Shown here: positions 51,501 through 64,000 of the stretch, one piece after another
Numbering within the stretch: the first letter of the stretch is position 1
Layout: every line of letters begins with the position of its first letter
From: Phoronis australis
Taxonomy: Eukaryota > Animalia > Phoronida
Assembly: GCA_002633005.1 (NCBI GenBank)
Contig: NMRA01000546.1
Span: forward strand, 219,344 to 283,343
Length of the DNA stretch: 64,000 nucleotides
Reading direction: 5' to 3'
Notes under the pieces: model-generated
Databases searched by the model: none
What the model was told of the DNA's origin: nothing
What the model saw: the letters and a program-made list of their open reading frames with translations, nothing else
Translations under genes and position numbers: made by a program

Positions 51501-53358
51501 TTTGATACTTACGAGTCATTGTTATCATATCACGGATACTAGTTTTACATGTAAGTCACCTCTTCATGTTTAATGAAGGTACATTCATATCAAAAATACC
51601 TTCGATTTTAATGAAACATTTTACTAAAAACTTGCAGATGCCTCTCCCAAACGTTGTTATTAATTCGGTTAGTTATATAGTTAAGTTTCAATCCCCAAAT
51701 TAACTTTTAAAATGTAATGCCAGTTAAGGCGTTTTTTAAAAACAGTGGACGTGTTTGTCTATCTAACATTTCAGTAAACTTATGAAAATAGAAATACAAA
51801 GGGAGTATTTGAGTTTGACTGCAAATTTATAATAAAAAAACAGCGAACCGTTTTCGAAAGCTCGAGCTCCTGAGTTCAGATGAAGTTGATGTGCACAAAA
51901 TAGTGATGAATACAAATTGCGACGTTTCTATTAGCCTTGAATAACCAAAATAGAAGGCGATAACGTGTACATGTGCTGAAAAACAAAAATAATTTTTTAT
52001 TGCACGATATCAAAATGTTCAAACCTAACACTACTTCTAACAATCAATTTCACGATGATGGCACTTTCTTAAACTTTGTCTGTGCAATAACTGCATAAAA
52101 CGATCCCCAAGATATATATACATAGTCGTAACAGCGGTACGATATTAGCGCACTGGCTTAAAATGCCATTTTCACGTGCTGATGAATCTGACATCATGAA
52201 ACCAACCACAAAATGAAAACTAGAAATACTGCGCGCGAGATGGATACAGCGAAACGTCAAACTGCTGATGAAACTCACGGATTTTGTGGAGATATACTTT
52301 TTTCACAGCTCGCTGTATTCGCCAACACTAACTCAAACACGGTCACAGCGACTCTATTTTGGTGCATCCATTCTCAACGGCCGTATGCACGCAGATACAC
52401 AATTCTTTCAGGTCAAAATTACGATTTCCTTCTTTTTCCATGGCATCTATGGACACATCTTTGATGGAATATTATGGCGACTCTCTGAATGAAAGGACTT
52501 TCAGTGCAAACAGAAGTGCTCTAGACACGGAGGGAGATTAAAATTCAGTGACCCCTTTGACATTTTTAACTTCAAGCGGGTTTGGGACTCGTGTTTTTAT
52601 GTCATAAATGTTTTCAGGCAAGATGACAATTCTCAAACGAAGATGTAGAACTTATTTTGTAATAAAAAAACTGTTCTTACTGATGTGTGAGATCTGACTG
52701 ATAAAGGAGATATTCCAAAGTACACAGGTACCAGGAAGAACAACAAACTTTGCACATTTAACGTAATTTCAGTGGTTTCAAATGTAATTTTAAGGGGAAT
52801 TTCAAGCCGTCAACAATCCAAGTATTGTATTTTGGCTTCACCTAAAATAACATAATTTCCGCCCCCGAATACTTCATATTTGTGGTACAGAAGTGCTTTA
52901 AGTGTGACAAGTTTACTCTACAATAACACCGTTTCCTTGGAATTTCCCAAAGGTTCAGTTTCACATGCATAACGCTAGTTATAACCCATCAACTGCGGTT
53001 CCTGTTGCACGGTCTTCATTATCCAACTTACCGAACCAAGTGAACCCGACGATGAGCTTTATTCCTTGCAGATGCAACGAACTATCAGAGACACAGAGGT
53101 GAAAATAGATCAGAAATTAACGCAGATGGCATAAGTCGTTATATGCTGTCACTTTACTTTTTGTTTTCTATGTGGAAACATTATAACGATGAAATAATCC
53201 TGGAAATTGGTAAAAATATAAGTTGATGTCGGGTCTTTCGAAATGACCTCCAACACAATCGGTGAGAAGTACTAAAATATTCTGAGAAATCTAAAACATT
53301 AAAACTTCTTATTGAAAATAGCGATGCAAAATTCCTTTTCTTAACTGTGATGGGTCTA

Positions 53359-53716
53359 CAGTAAGTCTAGATGATGAACAAACCATCAAACAGACATTAA
53401 TCCTAGAGGATGAACAAACCATGCGACAGACAGTAAATATAGAGGTTGACCAAACCGGCTGCAGGCAGTAAATGTAGATGACCAAACCCTGCCACAGACA
53501 GCAAATCTAGAGTACGAAAAGCCCTGGGACAGACAGTAAATCTAGAGGATGACCAAACCCTGCGAAAGGCAGTGAATCTATAGGATGACCAAACCCTGCC
53601 AAAGTCAGTAAATCTAGAGTATGACCAAACCTGCTGCAGGCAGTAAATCTAGGAGATGACCAAACCCTGCGACAGAGAGTAATCCTAGAGAATGTGAACA
53701 CCCTGCGACAGACAGT
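53359..53716. repeat. About 36-bp degenerate minisatellite, about 10 copies
   Basis: Consensus approximately cagtaaatctagaggatgaccaaaccctgcgacaga. Confidence 0.9.
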
Positions 53717-54494
53717 GTCGGCAACATGTAACCTGGATTGGGACTTCAAAACCTAATGTGCACGTGGATGACGGAGGGTAGGGTGAACTTAAGTCCACTC
53801 AGGGATATGTCCTCTTCCAAGTTAATTTATGTTAATGTCTTGAAGAGTTTTTCATAACTGTCACTGTCCACAGAGTGCGTGCCTCGTGAACGAAGCCAGC
53901 TGTCTTTCAGAGTTGCCGAGCGCGAAGACACAGATTGCGAGAGTGGGCGGCAATCAGGCACAGATCGGTTTGGGGATTAGTGTCGGGGAGGGAAATTAGG
54001 GGCACAGGACCTGGGGCGGATATATGGTGGCGACCGCGATAGATCAGATGGCATTGTTCCGTATACGTCTTCTATGGGAATAATCCCACCCCTGATCAAG
54101 GTAAAGCAGGTGTTTTGGCAATCAGGTACGGAGGCGGAGGTGTTAGAACTAATATGAATGTTAACATTACTAAATGTTCTTGTGATGAATATGATTTTGT
54201 ATCAGTGACGTGTATTCAGCTGAGCATCCGTCAGAGGGCACAACCACCAATACAATGAAGCGAGACACATTGAAGATTCGGAAGATAGATTATGCAATTT
54301 AATTCAAACGCCACTTTCGAACTAACGCAAGTCTTCAACTTTCGATTAACAAGTTTCTGATTACAGGTAATCCTCGCAATGGAATGTAACCAACTTAGAA
54401 TAGCGCACATGGGTGCAATGGAAGCAAACACATTCATTCATTCATTCAGTGATAATTCTTGATCCTACACTGAGTACAGTGGTTTGGCGACATT

Positions 54495-55300
54495 ATATTT
54501 ATATGTAAAGCATTTACTTGTATGATTTTAGAAAACATGGAATTCTAAATCCCTACGTCACTTAGTACTAATCCCATACGCGTTGAATCTATCGAAGAAA
54601 ATACGACCATTTAAAGTTTTCCGTATTCACCTCCCGCACTTCTTCAACAGTGACCTCTGAAATGGAAAGTTCAAAAGGTAGGTCAATGTTGAATCGACGT
54701 CTTCAGTCGGATCGATCATCAAATTTTCCGAATTTAAAGTAATAATGTTGCGGCAGTGTAACTGACACTCGAAATGTAACCAGGCCCTTAACGTAAAATC
54801 TGGAACAAAGCTGCTAATTGTAATCATTCATGTCTCAGTTTTCAATTGCTGAAAACTGTATCGTCTGCAACTCAGGCGCCGATTCATAGGAAGCTACAAT
54901 ATCAAATATTATTGTTTTTAACTATCTCCAGATGTTACAAGTTCACTGCAAAGTTGGCGTTGTTTTCATCTGTGTTACTTCTTTTCAAGAAATAATTCGT
55001 TACTTTTAAATCTCATTCTTTTACAAGAGAAAACATACAACCTACCGCGCAAGTACATACATATAGGATCCGCCATGCGAACAGTCTGGGTGAAGTATTT
55101 AAAAAATCTGCCGAAAAATGTAAGAAACTTAGGAATTTGAAGTGTATGGGATAATTAGGTCTCGGTTGATGAACGGATTATGTCTAGCGGGATATTACTT
55201 CATGTAGGCCACTCTCGGTACGTTTTGTGTATTTATATGAAAAGTATTTATTTATATGATTTTAGAAAACATGGAATTCTAAATCTCTACGTCACTCAGC
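54495..55300 (+). repeat. About 70-bp dispersed direct repeat pair
   Basis: tatttatatg..aag.attta.tt.tatgattttagaaaacatggaattctaaatc.ctacgtcact at about 54496-54563 and 55230-55297. Confidence 0.85.
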
Positions 55301-56165
55301 AACATTTTATAGTGTTGAATCAAGGCACTCTTGACAGAAATGACATTATTGCTCAACAGGAAATGTTTGGAAATGCATGCCGTGAATGAATTATGATTAG
55401 TTTTTACATGAACACAATGACACTTTCAAAACAAGTACCGTACTCGTCCGGGTTACCGCCCATGTTCGGCTAGGACGTTTCTGGGAAGTCACATTTTGTG
55501 TGATAACCACATCGCTTCCAAATTAGCATGCTGTTTTGCACACGCAAAGTCGGTAGAGCTGCTTTTCAAGTTACATTTGTATACATATGTATGTGAATGT
55601 ATTGTTGTGAACAACCACTGGTTGTATTGTTACATTGTCTGTACACAGCTGGTGTAGTGGGCACAATGAGAACATGTACATGTAGGCTTGGTTTATTGTG
55701 TTGTGTAGCTTAGCAACATTTTTGTCTGAGTGCCTTTAATAAACCTCTCACCACAAAATACATGCAACTGTGTATTTTTTAATTTTAATTGTCAGGCTTG
55801 CTTCGATCCTAAAATTAGTAATAATACTTTTGTTCAAATTTTGAGATACTATTTTCAGTACGACCATTTGCAACTGTGGATAGAAGAGAAGAAGGATTAA
55901 ATACACAAAGATACATGGTTGTGCTCCACGGCCAACTGCAATCATCAACTGAGCGCTGTGCTTCCTCAAGATTTCGGCCCATTAAGTTCAAAATCTCTCC
56001 ACACGGTAAGACCGCAACAGCTGGTCGATGTAGTTGTGTTGCAGTTAACCATAAAATCCTACTACATTTTAATAAATATCGGACACGTACTTACATGTAC
56101 ACGTTGGCATAATCCATGTGCTGCCCTCCACATCCTTCTATCCGCACACTCTGACCACTTTCCTG

Positions 56166-57533
56166 GGCCCGGTCTCCAATCTCCGTACTCAGACTCATAC
56201 TCATACTCGAGATTTCATACTAAAAATCGTGCTCACTGGAGTCGTACTCAAAAAAGGGTATCTAATGTCGTATTTCCAGTAGACTCTAAACGTACTCAAA
56301 TCTGACACTCATACTCGAGTTGCTGTGGAACTCTTTATGATGTGAAATGCAAAATCACGCAAAGCCGCGCTTTTTCATCGCTCCCTATTGGAATAGACCA
56401 CCCCAAGATCGTCTGCTGTCGCTACAACTACAAGAGTATGTCTATAACGTGGAATTCTGAGTGTTCTGTAACTGTTATTCATTTTTTAGTTTCAATAAAT
56501 ATTCTTATGCCATTTCTCTGATACATTTGGCAATTACTAAGCTTTACTTCTTGAGTTCCTCACCCAGTCCCGAAAATGTCTTAAGAAATTTGTAACAGCT
56601 TATCACATCACATCTCTGTTGCTAATTTAGTCTTGACACAAAACCCATTGCTGTGTAGGCCTACGCTGATGTCAAACTTTGATACTGTATCTTTGTATTT
56701 TACCGGGATGTATCAAGTGAGTTGACATTTGGCACGTGAGTTAAAAAACAATACTTGTGCAGGCATTCAGAGTTCACCAGTGGCAGTGAACGGGACGAGA
56801 CGTCTACTTAGAAATCGGCAAACAAAATCTGGAATTCCATTTGGGGATTGAGGAATTATAGATGACTAAGTTATGATGAGAAATGTACCTGACAGGGAAG
56901 CGAACTTTTTTTAACTTCCCTCCCCTCCTCGTCTTTTGGAAACCCTACAAAACGTAGGCACACATACCGAAATAAGGGCAGCACAAACTTCTCACACGAC
57001 TTTTCCCACAACTGCTTTCGACGCTTGTTATGACTCGCCGACAAGGGATTACAATGCGCCTGTTGCCAGGAATTGTAGAGGTAGAATGGCGGCCATAACA
57101 TACAGTGATAATAAGGTGAAGAATAAGAAGATTTAAGACGAAAACTATTATCTCTGAACTGAAGTTGAAGTGCTGAGATACGGTAAGAGGATTTATTTTT
57201 TTAGATTTGCTGTGTTTCTTGGTTCCCTTTCGATATTTTGTTCTCTGGCTCGTATTTATTTTCGAGTACGATTTCAAGCACACTGCCATACCAAACTTGA
57301 AATTTGAGCATAGACTCCAAATTTTTACTCAAAATCGTACTCGAAATATAGATGAGATACACTTCAGTTCGAGTACACTCGAAAACTGAGTACGTGCTCG
57401 AAATTTCGAGTACAGATTTTTCGAGTATGACATTGAATACACCAAAGCTGAGTCTGTACTCGAATTGAGTATGAAGTGTGAGTTTGAGCATGATTCGAGT
57501 CTGAGTACGGAGATTGGAGACCGGGTCCGGGCC
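56166..57533. mobile_element. PIF/Harbinger-like non-autonomous element (MITE-like, about 1.37 kb)
   Basis: About 30-bp TIR GGCCCGGTCTCCAATCTCCGTACTCAGACTC, 3-bp CTG target-site duplication (56163-56165 and 57534-57536), subterminal TACTCGA repeats. Confidence 0.8.
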
Positions 57534-59331
57534 CTGGAATGATTCACACCAGCGACCAGTTCACAGCTGTTTTCTTTACCTTGGATTTATGCTGCTAGTT
57601 CTGCATAGTGTAACATCTTACGCTCATGGGGTTCACCGAAACTTCTTTCCATGCAACAGATAGTTCACAAAGTCTAATGGAAACGAAAGACGAAACCAAA
57701 TGTATAGAGAAAACGTTTAAAGAAATAAAACTAAAGATAAATTTGTTATCAACCAATTGGCAGAATTATCCAGTCTCCAGCTACAAGATGTTTACAAAAG
57801 CGGTAATTTTCGCTAAGCTGAAGGTAACCTTCCATAGTATTATTAGGAACGAATGCTACAGTAGTTTTGGGACCGAATTTTAGGAAAATGTAAATATTTC
57901 TAACTGCGTTGTCTTCGAACTTGAATGAAGTGAAAGTAAATAATGCTTTTTACTTGAGGTCGTTTTTTTAAATTTATCAAGGAAATTAAAATTTTCACAG
58001 CAGTGTATTTCTTCCCTGGAAGATATGAACCGTCCAATGATTTTAAACCATCTGAGGTCAGGTATTAAATATTTGTTTCCGAAGTACTTTGTAAGATTAA
58101 GTAATTTTTTTTTAAACTTTGGATCGAATCTTTTGCAAGACTCGACACTGTTTACACATGAGGTAACTTTTATTATTCTACTTCATCTTTTCCATCTTAA
58201 AGCATCGAGAGCTTTTGGAGACTTAAAATTTTAATTACGCATACATGTATACATTCTACATCTTTTTGAACTATTTAACTTAGCAAAACTTTATTTTTTC
58301 ATTGTAGGAGATGCACCATAGATTTATAATCGTCAAGCCCCCACGAACGGGATTAAAAGTTAAGTTCAAAGAATGTGGAAATCACATTTCAACTTTTAGA
58401 AATTCCCTCCGGGATGCCATACCGGTGAAGAATGTTTTCAAATTGTCCGTTTCTACAATCAGGAACTGATCGCCTGGCAACTAATGAGCAATTTAACAAC
58501 TTACTAGCTTTCTTCAAATATAAAAGTTATGGTCAATTTAAATCTGCGCCGCGAACTCGCACCGAAGATAAGCACGTGTAACCATTGAGAGAGCTTGTCG
58601 ACCACAAACGAACACTTGGTGGGATTCTACACAACTTTCATTTGGTTGAACATGGCTTATGCTGGAATTGTAACGTTATACAAAACGCTCAACAGGTCAC
58701 ACACGTACTGTGGTGAAAATTGCGAGATTGTACATAAAAAGTGCTCTTGTACGTCCTGTGATATACATGTAAGTTGTGAGATTCTGCAGAACTCTCAGCT
58801 GGTCAAGCAAGTTCTTAGTTGAAAGTTACATGTATAAGATTTTACACAAATGTCAGCTGGTGAGGCACTTCCTGTGACGGAAGCTGTGAGATCCTACACA
58901 TGCTCCCACTGGTTGCGCACGACTTATGGTGAAAGATATTCGCATTTACGTTTTCCGCTAGACATGAATCTCATAGTGAAATCCTAAGACTTGACAGTCT
59001 TCAAAAACACTGATATAAAATTCGGTGTAAATTTCTGGGGAACGTTTCATGTGAACTGAACTAAGGCAGTTAAGACCAAAACTGTGTCTAAATTAATACG
59101 AAAGACGAAAATACAGCAGAATCTTTACTAAAACAGAGCCGGACTTATGTTTCCAACAATAACTTAGACTAAAATTAAATCGAATTTTGATCAAGGTGAT
59201 TATGAAAACGTCGCCACCTGGTTGGCCTTACATGAAGCGGGTATTAAGTTAACTCAAGTTGGTCTAAGTTAAAACAGAAAATATCCACGGAACAATCCCA
59301 GATTGAATTGTTCTGCCTGTATATCTACAAG

Positions 59332-59800
59332 ACAATTTCAGTGGTGAGGAGTATCAGCCATATGGTTATAGTAATGGTGCAAAACTGGAGCTAGATCAAC
59401 CCACGAGGTAACCGTTTGAAACCAATTACACGATGCTCAGCATCACTGTACATCATCGCATATCAGTAAGATGCCAGACAATTTCAGTGGTGGGGTGTCC
59501 ATGCCAGACGACTAAAGAAGGGTTGGAAGTTGAGGTAAATCAATCCAAGAGGTAACTGCATGAAACCAGTTGCAAAATATTCTACGTAAGCCCCTGTATC
59601 ATGAATAAACACTGCGAGACAAGACTAGCACTGGAATGGCCCCGCCACACACGATCAAATATCTGAGTTTGACCAGATTTACCCGCCAGGTAACCGGTTG
59701 AAACCATTTGCGTAATGTCGAGCAACATTCTGCATGCAACAAAAGGTATTTTACAGACATTTTTAGCGGTGGGGCAGTAGCATGCAGAGGTTTGGTCGAT
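59332..59800 (+). repeat. About 140-bp degenerate tandem array (4 units) with exon/intron-like boundaries
   Basis: Repeated AG|ACAATTTCAGTGGTG ... AG|GTAAC..TGAAACCA.TT units at 59332, 59478, about 59624 and 59757. Confidence 0.7.
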
Positions 59801-60502
59801 GAAGGGGCGACTTTATATTAGACGCCCCTATCTCTCTACTCAAATGCATATAACCTACTCAGGCCCGTAGCCAGCATTGAGCGGGCTGGTACGAATTTCA
59901 AGAACGGTGGACCTTTGGTATTTTGCAAACGTCGACACAGTAGAAATTTCCGCAAGGCCTTTGACTCAGGGGGAAGAGAGCATTCTCGCATTTTCTCCTG
60001 ACAAAGCTTCAAATCAGCCATGCTTAAATGAGTGATTACATCTCAGTGCATACTCAAACGCAAAAATATGAAGTTTAGTCGGTGAATGACTTAAGAAAAT
60101 TGTTAGCGTAGTTTGGGCGGTTCTGGGCAAAGTATACAATTAGCATAGCCGGGAAAATGTTGATACAGCCACTGACGTCATTGTTTTTGACGCATCGCTG
60201 GAGTTCTCTGTGGGCTCGGTTTACTATAAAGATGGAGATTACCCAGAACTGATAAGTTTTGCCAAATTTGCCACTAATCACTGGGTGAAATGAAAGTAGT
60301 TGGCGCGCATACATAACGCAGAAGACAGCAAAAGACGACATTTTGGTTATTATTCGTTTTAGCAGTTGCATCAAATGACTCGTCCGAAAACAGAGGGACG
60401 CAGCTTAGACTGGTAAAACAGGACAACGGAAAATCGAAATTCGAGTTTGCAAACAGTGAATCATGTGGAGTATTCCGCTGTTTTTTTGTTTTTTTTAAAG
60501 TG

Positions 60503-61021
60503 ATATATATATATATATATATATTTATTAAAGAATACACAGAACATACGAAGAAATAATAGCAAACCCAGAAACCGCGAAGCATTATATCTGGGTTGTA
60601 AACAATTCATAAATGAAACTTATATACATAGAGGTATATACAATTAAGTAGTATCTAAAATAAGTATCCCAATACTTAGACATGCTATTACAGATATATA
60701 AAAAAAAAATATGTACAGATTCATGTAGGGAAATCAGATGCAACAATATTGATAAACGGTACATAAAAATTTGCTAACGTTGCTTAGGAGGAATTCGTTG
60801 AGAACAAAGTCAAGGTTAGGACTACCATTCAGTAATAATGTAACTCTAGTAGGGGTATTATTACAAGAATTGAGAGCATTAACAATTGATTGGTTTTCAT
60901 TGAGTGCACGAAAGAGTGAGTCTCTCAGGTAATCGATGAGGGGACATTTGAAGAAAATATGAGGATACGATTGATGGACACCACATTTACAGTTTGGAGA
61001 GACATTACTAATGACTTTCAA
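60503..61021 (-). mobile_element. 5'-truncated non-LTR retrotransposon (LINE) 3' end
   Basis: Minus-strand ORF2-like C-terminal zinc knuckle SPNCKCG...HIFFKCP...LLLNG, then a 3' UTR stem-loop (60565-60597), AATAAA (60524-60529) and a (TA)n tail. Confidence 0.7.
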
Positions 61022-62439
61022 CGTGCAATAAAATTACTGTGTGATTGAAAATGGTTAGAATACATAAACTAACATCTACTTACAATAGAATGAGAATGAA
61101 AATGTGTATTTTAATCAATATTAAAGTGTATTTGTTTTTGTTCTCTTGAAGCTCTCTTCAAAATCCATCATCATGGTTTTGTTTCATGTTTGAGTTCTTA
61201 ACAAGGCAATTATCGTTCCTTATAACAGTTCATACCTCCATGGACTACATAATTTGAATGATTGCCCCTGGGGGTTCAGAGGGGAATACCCCCCAGGTGC
61301 CAGCTAAGGGGGTACCAGGCAAACAATTCAGGTGGGCACCAAATGGGTGTTGACCCCCTCCCAGGGGGGTTAAATGGTAGGATTGCTAAACAGGTAAAAA
61401 CTAATGGGTATGTATGCCACATGGGTGTTGAGCCCCTCCCATCGTCACACATTTTGGTTGCTCCCCTGACCATTGACAAACATGTTGCTCCCAGCTCACT
61501 GCTGGTTTCATCTCCAACCATGTTCCCTGTTCAATGCACCAGGCTACTAGCAATACAGACAATTGTTTTGTGCAGTGGGTGTAACACAAGTGAGAAGAAG
61601 AAAGCAAGGCAATTCATCATTACCACAAAATCGTAATACAATTTTAGAACATTCCATTATTTCTTAGACATGCCAGTATAGGGCTCAATCCCACTCTCCC
61701 ACTCACCAACAGTTACAAGTCACTTGCTAATCTGAAGAATAGCTCACAACTGACAAAATGAAGTAACATTGAGTACATGTATATCATCACTCATAACTAG
61801 TCAAAGTTCAAAATGTCATGACAAAAATTAAGAGGTACTGAACAGCAATCAAAATATTCACTAACCACATAGTTTCATACAAAAATGAATTAAAAAGACT
61901 TGGATGATAAAAACAAAATTTTATTTTATATACCCACTGTTCCTATTATCAATAACAGTAAATATTTCAGGTAAGTTAAAGCCATACCACAAGATCATAT
62001 CTGATAAATTACTCACAATCTCCAAAAAAGTACAAAATAGGCAACACAAACACCAACCAATACAACAAGAAAATCTGACCAACCTTATCACTCTCTATTA
62101 ATTCACTAGTAAATAACAGCACTTTTTGCCAAATAAATGCGTTATAATCAAAGCTGAAAACTAATTTACTCACAGATGTGTTTGTCATCGAGAAGCAAAA
62201 TGATACGGATAGCTTGGGTTTAACAAACTTTCAGCCAACCATTCACTAGACTCTGAATGATCCATCCGTTTCACTTTGGCTCTCTCCAAATCAGAGGCTA
62301 ACCATTCATAAAATGTTTCAATCCAATCAACCTCAGTAAAATGGGAAAACCAAATTTTGACTAATTGTCCTTTCTACACCTGATGTTCCAGTACTTGCTT
62401 TGTGAGACGATAATCAGAAATGCAAAAAAGCCTATTCCA

Positions 62440-63407
62440 GAGCTGTGATATAACTTCCCGAGAACTTTTTGACCCGACATCTTCTTTTTTTGGTGGATTC
62501 GGGACATCAAATATTGTTTGGGCACTGCAGTCAATACCAGCTTGTTCTTCATTCATGAACATGAACTCCTCGAAGTAATGAGAGCATAACTTGCGGTTCT
62601 TGGACAAATAGGCTGCATCTCTATTCATAAGGTCAGCTCCCAGCGCTTGAACCTGAACAGAAATCAATGACTGAAAGACTCAGGAACAAACCTCATACTC
62701 ACTAGGTTCACAGGAGAGTAGCCTACACTTAAGTACACTACACTACAGAATTCCTGTCGTACTGTGATTGTGATAGAGACAAATGCGTTTTGGTGTCAAC
62801 TGAAAAACTCGGACTCAAATGTCGATCCACGGATATTTTAACAGGGCTGCGCCCCCGCATCATTGACACATACAATTGAGTTTTCAGTGACGCACTGCTT
62901 AACTTAATTGGTCCAACTGGCACATTAAAATTATGTTTATTTTTCACGTTTTCACCAAGACCCACAGATTCTCTAACTTGACACATGACAGACTTGTGGC
63001 CCTGTGGCTGTGATTGTGCCATGGCCGTGTCAAAAGTCATATTTCCCATGGTCATGGGTATCATGTTTTCCTAAAATTACCCTTGCGATCGCATGGTGAC
63101 ATTTTGATTTGGAATTCATGGACTGCAAGTATCCAAAAAGCTGACAATAACATCGTACGTTCGTCATAGTCTTTCCGCCGGCAGCCCTGTTGTACAGTAG
63201 GCATAGCCTACACCGGCTGCAGACAACAGTGTCAACGGGACTGCGATCGACTTGTCTAACAACCGTGGACAGAACACACAAAATGAAAGCCAATAATAGA
63301 TAATCCTTTTGTTTCTGGACCCTTAGGAAACCTAAAAATGACACGTCTGGGGTTTTTGTTGATGAATTCATACAATTTATCGCATTGCAAAATGCGTCCC
63401 TCCCCAT
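62440..63407 (-). pseudogene. Degenerate THAP-domain gene (N-terminus of a THAP12/PRKRIR-like or P-element/THAP9-like transposase)
   Basis: Exon 1 reads MGRDAFCNAINCMNS...VSF, and one added T restores FRFP. Exon 2 from 62652 reads VQ...DL...KNRKLCSHYFE..MF.N / KLVLTAVP / TIFDVPNPP with frameshifts. The zinc-ligand His of CxxHF is Tyr. Confidence 0.8.
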
Positions 63408-63859
63408 AGTTTTAGCGCTTCCTGGTTGACATTTGCTTAGTCACCACTTGGCGGCGCTAGTAGTAGCGGTAACAGCGAACTCACAAGTGAACTCTCCTAT
63501 ACTACTACACTCCTTGATTATACTCTGCCAATAACAATATTTTTAGGGTTGATAGATCTTTGACTTGATTTGGTGGCTTTGTTTTATTCTGCTTTGGCCT
63601 TCAAAGTTGACGAATTGACTGCATTAATTGCAAATGAACAGGGAAAAGCCAGCCGAGCTCAAGACCCACGGCAACTCAATGGTCGTAGAGGTCAGCGCTT
63701 ATTCTATGTTCAGGTCGAGTCGAGCTTGCGTACAATGTAGACTGGGTCGAGTGGGTTGTGGGTTGAGGGGGTCGTCGGTCGAGGGGGTCAAGAGTTGTAG
63801 AGATTGCGGGGGTCTAAGAACAACTTCGTTGATTCTTAAGACAGTTGACGATATGACCC

Positions 63860-64000
63860 AGTGGTGGATCTAGGATATCACAAGGGGGGGGGGCAACATT
63901 TTGTCCGGCTGTAAACATTTGCGCAAACTGAACCACGATTGTCTTTGGGTAGATGCGCATAGCACCGAATGGGGGGAGGTCGGTAGGGGGGTTTGCCCCC
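63860..64000 (+). mobile_element. Left end of a CAGTGG(C/T)GGATC-type non-autonomous DNA element (similar end at about 7287)
   Basis: cagtggtggatctagg...G-run at 63860 resembles cagtggcggatcga...ggggg at 7287. The right end lies outside the window. Confidence 0.4.

Noticed and set aside
53359-53716. 36-bp array as CRISPR or coding repeat (ORF 53507-53749)
   Set aside because: Degenerate head-to-tail minisatellite with indels and no spacers.

Overview
AT-rich, intron-containing metazoan (invertebrate-like) genomic DNA, so most entries in the ORF track are noise. The main content is a tandemly duplicated, plus-strand, multi-exon death-fold/innate-immune-type locus that I rebuilt from splice sites and codon phase. 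A chain of linker exons (1833-6808) leads into a two-exon death effector domain (DED; 9643-9754 + 12299-12471). It is followed by a truncated DED exon (22886-23003), more linker exons, and a large exon encoding a ZU5-UPA (FIIND-like) module present twice (27992-28799 and 31471-32300). Bases 1-1810 repeat the sequence downstream of that exon, implying a third copy just upstream of the window. A diverged second DED (about 55% aa identity) lies at 45629-48564. Five single-N joins occur; four are flanked by overlapping duplicates, so some 'duplication' is probably uncollapsed haplotype. The remainder is transposon debris: a Gypsy pol fragment with an LTR carrying heat-shock elements, a probable solo LTR, a Harbinger-like MITE, a polymorphic TIR element, a Helentron-like repeat, a tRNA-SINE, a LINE 3' end, a dead THAP gene and minisatellites. 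All domain calls come from motif recognition by eye, not database searches.
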